This document shows, one piece after another, positions 61,688-64,000 of a stretch of DNA of 64,000 bases. The stretch is from Octopus sinensis (Eukaryota). Position 1 is the first letter of the stretch, and each line of letters starts with the position of its first letter. The notes under the pieces are model-generated. The model worked only from the letters and a program-made list of their open reading frames with translations. It was not told where the DNA came from and did no database searches. Made by a program: the position numbers and the translations under genes. Where the stretch lies: positions 69,006,001 through 69,070,000 of the forward strand of contig NC_043003.1 in the NCBI RefSeq assembly GCF_006345805.1, in the 5' to 3' direction.

Positions 61688-64000
61688 CACGCCTTCTTTC
61701 GGGTGCTTAGGGTACATTATTCCAATATGACTCTTCTTTTTCTTTCTCATGAATAACCGTGCGATTTAGAAAGATTTTCGCAAGTTCTAGAACCCACGAA
61801 TAGGCTACTTTTTTTATCAGAAACATTTTGATTGGTTTGTTAGAATGCCGATAAAAAGATTGTAATGGATGGATTCGAGAGCTTTTTTTCTAGCTTTCTA
61901 GAATGATGTGTGTGTGTAATGGTTTTATTTGAACCGTCATATATTTTCCTATATAGTTTATGAGAAACGTGACATTTGAATCTCCTGGCTTGAAAACGAA
62001 AACATGTGATTTGTAGAAAGAATGTATTGTTTAGTGATATAAACTTTAAATCATTCTAAAATATTTGAGAATGTAATGGATCTGTGTGGAGCTACTTCAC
62101 TGCAGCTTTTTGTCGGAGTTTAAAAATTACGACGCTAATGGTTACTTTTGTAGGGTTTAGTAAACTTGGTAAGAGTAATTTAAGATCTTGATGTGATTAT
62201 TTTTTCACATCCACAACTATTTTATTCTTGTTTTGAGTTTTGAGATTTCTCTACAGAATTTTTCTTATTTCTCAAAAGGAAAGAACTGGAATCATGATCT
62301 TGCTGGAAATTTTATATTTTGTATCTTGTATATATTTTCCTTGTGTGTGTGGTGGGGGTATCTTAAAAATGGTTTGTATTATGATATGTAACGTGATGGC
62401 TTGGCCATTGTTGGGGTTGTTGACTATAGCAATTATTCTGTATAGTATTTTGATATTTGCTTCGTGATTTATGTTGTCCATTACTTTTATTTTCTGTGGT
62501 TTATATTCTCTAAACCGGAACCAATCCGTGACTAGATGCACGAAGCAGTGAGGGAAAGTTAAATAAACTTAAGACCAGTTCAAAAGTTTTTTAGAGATAT
62601 TTCAACCTGTAAAAGCTTTTCACTATATGTCTCAAACATATTTGAACTAATCTCAAATTTTTCACTACTTATTCGCGTATCTGCTCACGTTTTTGTCCCG
62701 GCTTGGCAAGTTGTACATACAATCGGTAGGTAATATTTACTCTTCAGAGGTCTTTACTATTTGAGCTGTTTAGGAAGCAAACTTTCTAAACAGCTCGGAA
62801 TTGCTCACTTGGAATATGGTACTGAAGAGAACGAAGGAGTTCGAAATGCACCCATCAGTCTAACAGGAAGCACTCTGACCTGACTGTGATCTTTTAACAC
62901 TTGATCCTAAATGAGAATGTTTTCTTCAGTGTAATGAGTGATCATCTACAACGGAGGCTGATGGCCGAGGGTACATCCGCAGTTTCCGATTGGGACCCGC
63001 CAATATTCAATGCTGAATCAGGTGGAATTACGTGGGGATCAGTTTGAGAGGTGACAAGATCGAGGAAATATGAAGGTTACCCAGGATCGCCAGGTGAGAA
63101 ATGGTCCTCCATGATAATCTATTTTTGATGCCCCCTTACTGAATGTGTTGACTAGCGGAAGACGAATATCAGGCATGTTCGTATTCTGATGATCTGAATG
63201 TGTATGAATATGAGTAAAGAATTGATTGAACGAAAGCGACATGCATTATGTGTTGACAGAAGTCAGCATCAGTAATGGAGGAAGGATTTCGATGCCAGTT
63301 AAAGGTATTTTTCAGTTAAAGGTATTTTTCCATATTCAATGAGGAGGATATGTTAATTAGTGAAAATGCTTCTTAAATTAGGAATCCATACATATAATGA
63401 TTCTTACATGCTATGATTATATTCAGTTTGACGAGCCGAATATTTATGAGAAGAAATTTACACCGGAGCAGATACTCTAATTAAGTCATAATTAACGATC
63501 TAATTAAAAAGTTTCTTATTGTCTTCCAATGCCTGGAATGTTTCTTAATTTCTTCTTTCATGTTAACTGAGCCTAAGACATGTTTGCATTCATCACGTAG
63601 CTTGAAAACAGTGTTTCTGTATATTTCTCCTTAATTAGTGTATAGTGATTAGTAGAAAATGCTTCTTAAATTAGAAATCCATACCTAAAATGGTTCTTAA
63701 GTGATATGAATAGATTCAGTTGGGTTTAGTGAACAATTCTGCGAAGTATTTGGCACTGGGACAGAAAGTCTAATTAATTCCTAATTACGTGTCTAATTAA
63801 AACTTCTTAATTTGTTTTTCCATACCCGTTCTTTTCTTAAGTTTTCATTTAAGTATTACTTGTGTCTAAGGAGTAATATTCAATGTGATTCATTATTGGA
63901 GCTTAAAGTCTAATTAAACTAGTTATTTACGCAAGTTGATTATCTCATAATTAGTTAATCCATACCTAAGCATACTTAAGAATCACGTTTCATGGTATTA

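Overview
AT-rich, microsatellite-dense eukaryotic DNA, almost certainly from an octopus. This assignment comes from my recall of the SINE families, not from a search. I found no intact host gene, so the window is intergenic or part of a large intron. Nearly all listed ORFs are translated microsatellites or decayed transposon ORFs. The window is a mosaic of Penelope-like elements (PLEs: one long Naiad-like RT/GIY-YIG copy, several GIY-YIG fragments, many pLTR-like ends), four tRNA-derived SINE families (called A-D here), Tx1-type LINE pieces including two ORF1-only elements, Dong/R4-type RLE LINE fragments, Helitron/HINE, mariner and hAT remnants, and a 2.62 kb tandem duplication. The main unlisted signal is RNA-level: about 15 near-intact type I hammerhead ribozyme (HHR) motifs read by eye, plus several broken ones. 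Highlights: (1) a 396-nt HHR-to-HHR direct repeat that looks like a retrozyme/circular-RNA unit; (2) HHR cores where the tertiary 3-8 base pair covaries (C-G, U-A, A-U); (3) a tRNA-headed SINE carrying a PLE-type HHR; (4) repeated head-to-head pLTR inversions, one breaking at the predicted cleavage site; (5) two ORF1-only Tx1-type elements whose 3' ends join the same position of SINE A. All structures and identities are manual estimates; no activity is demonstrated.
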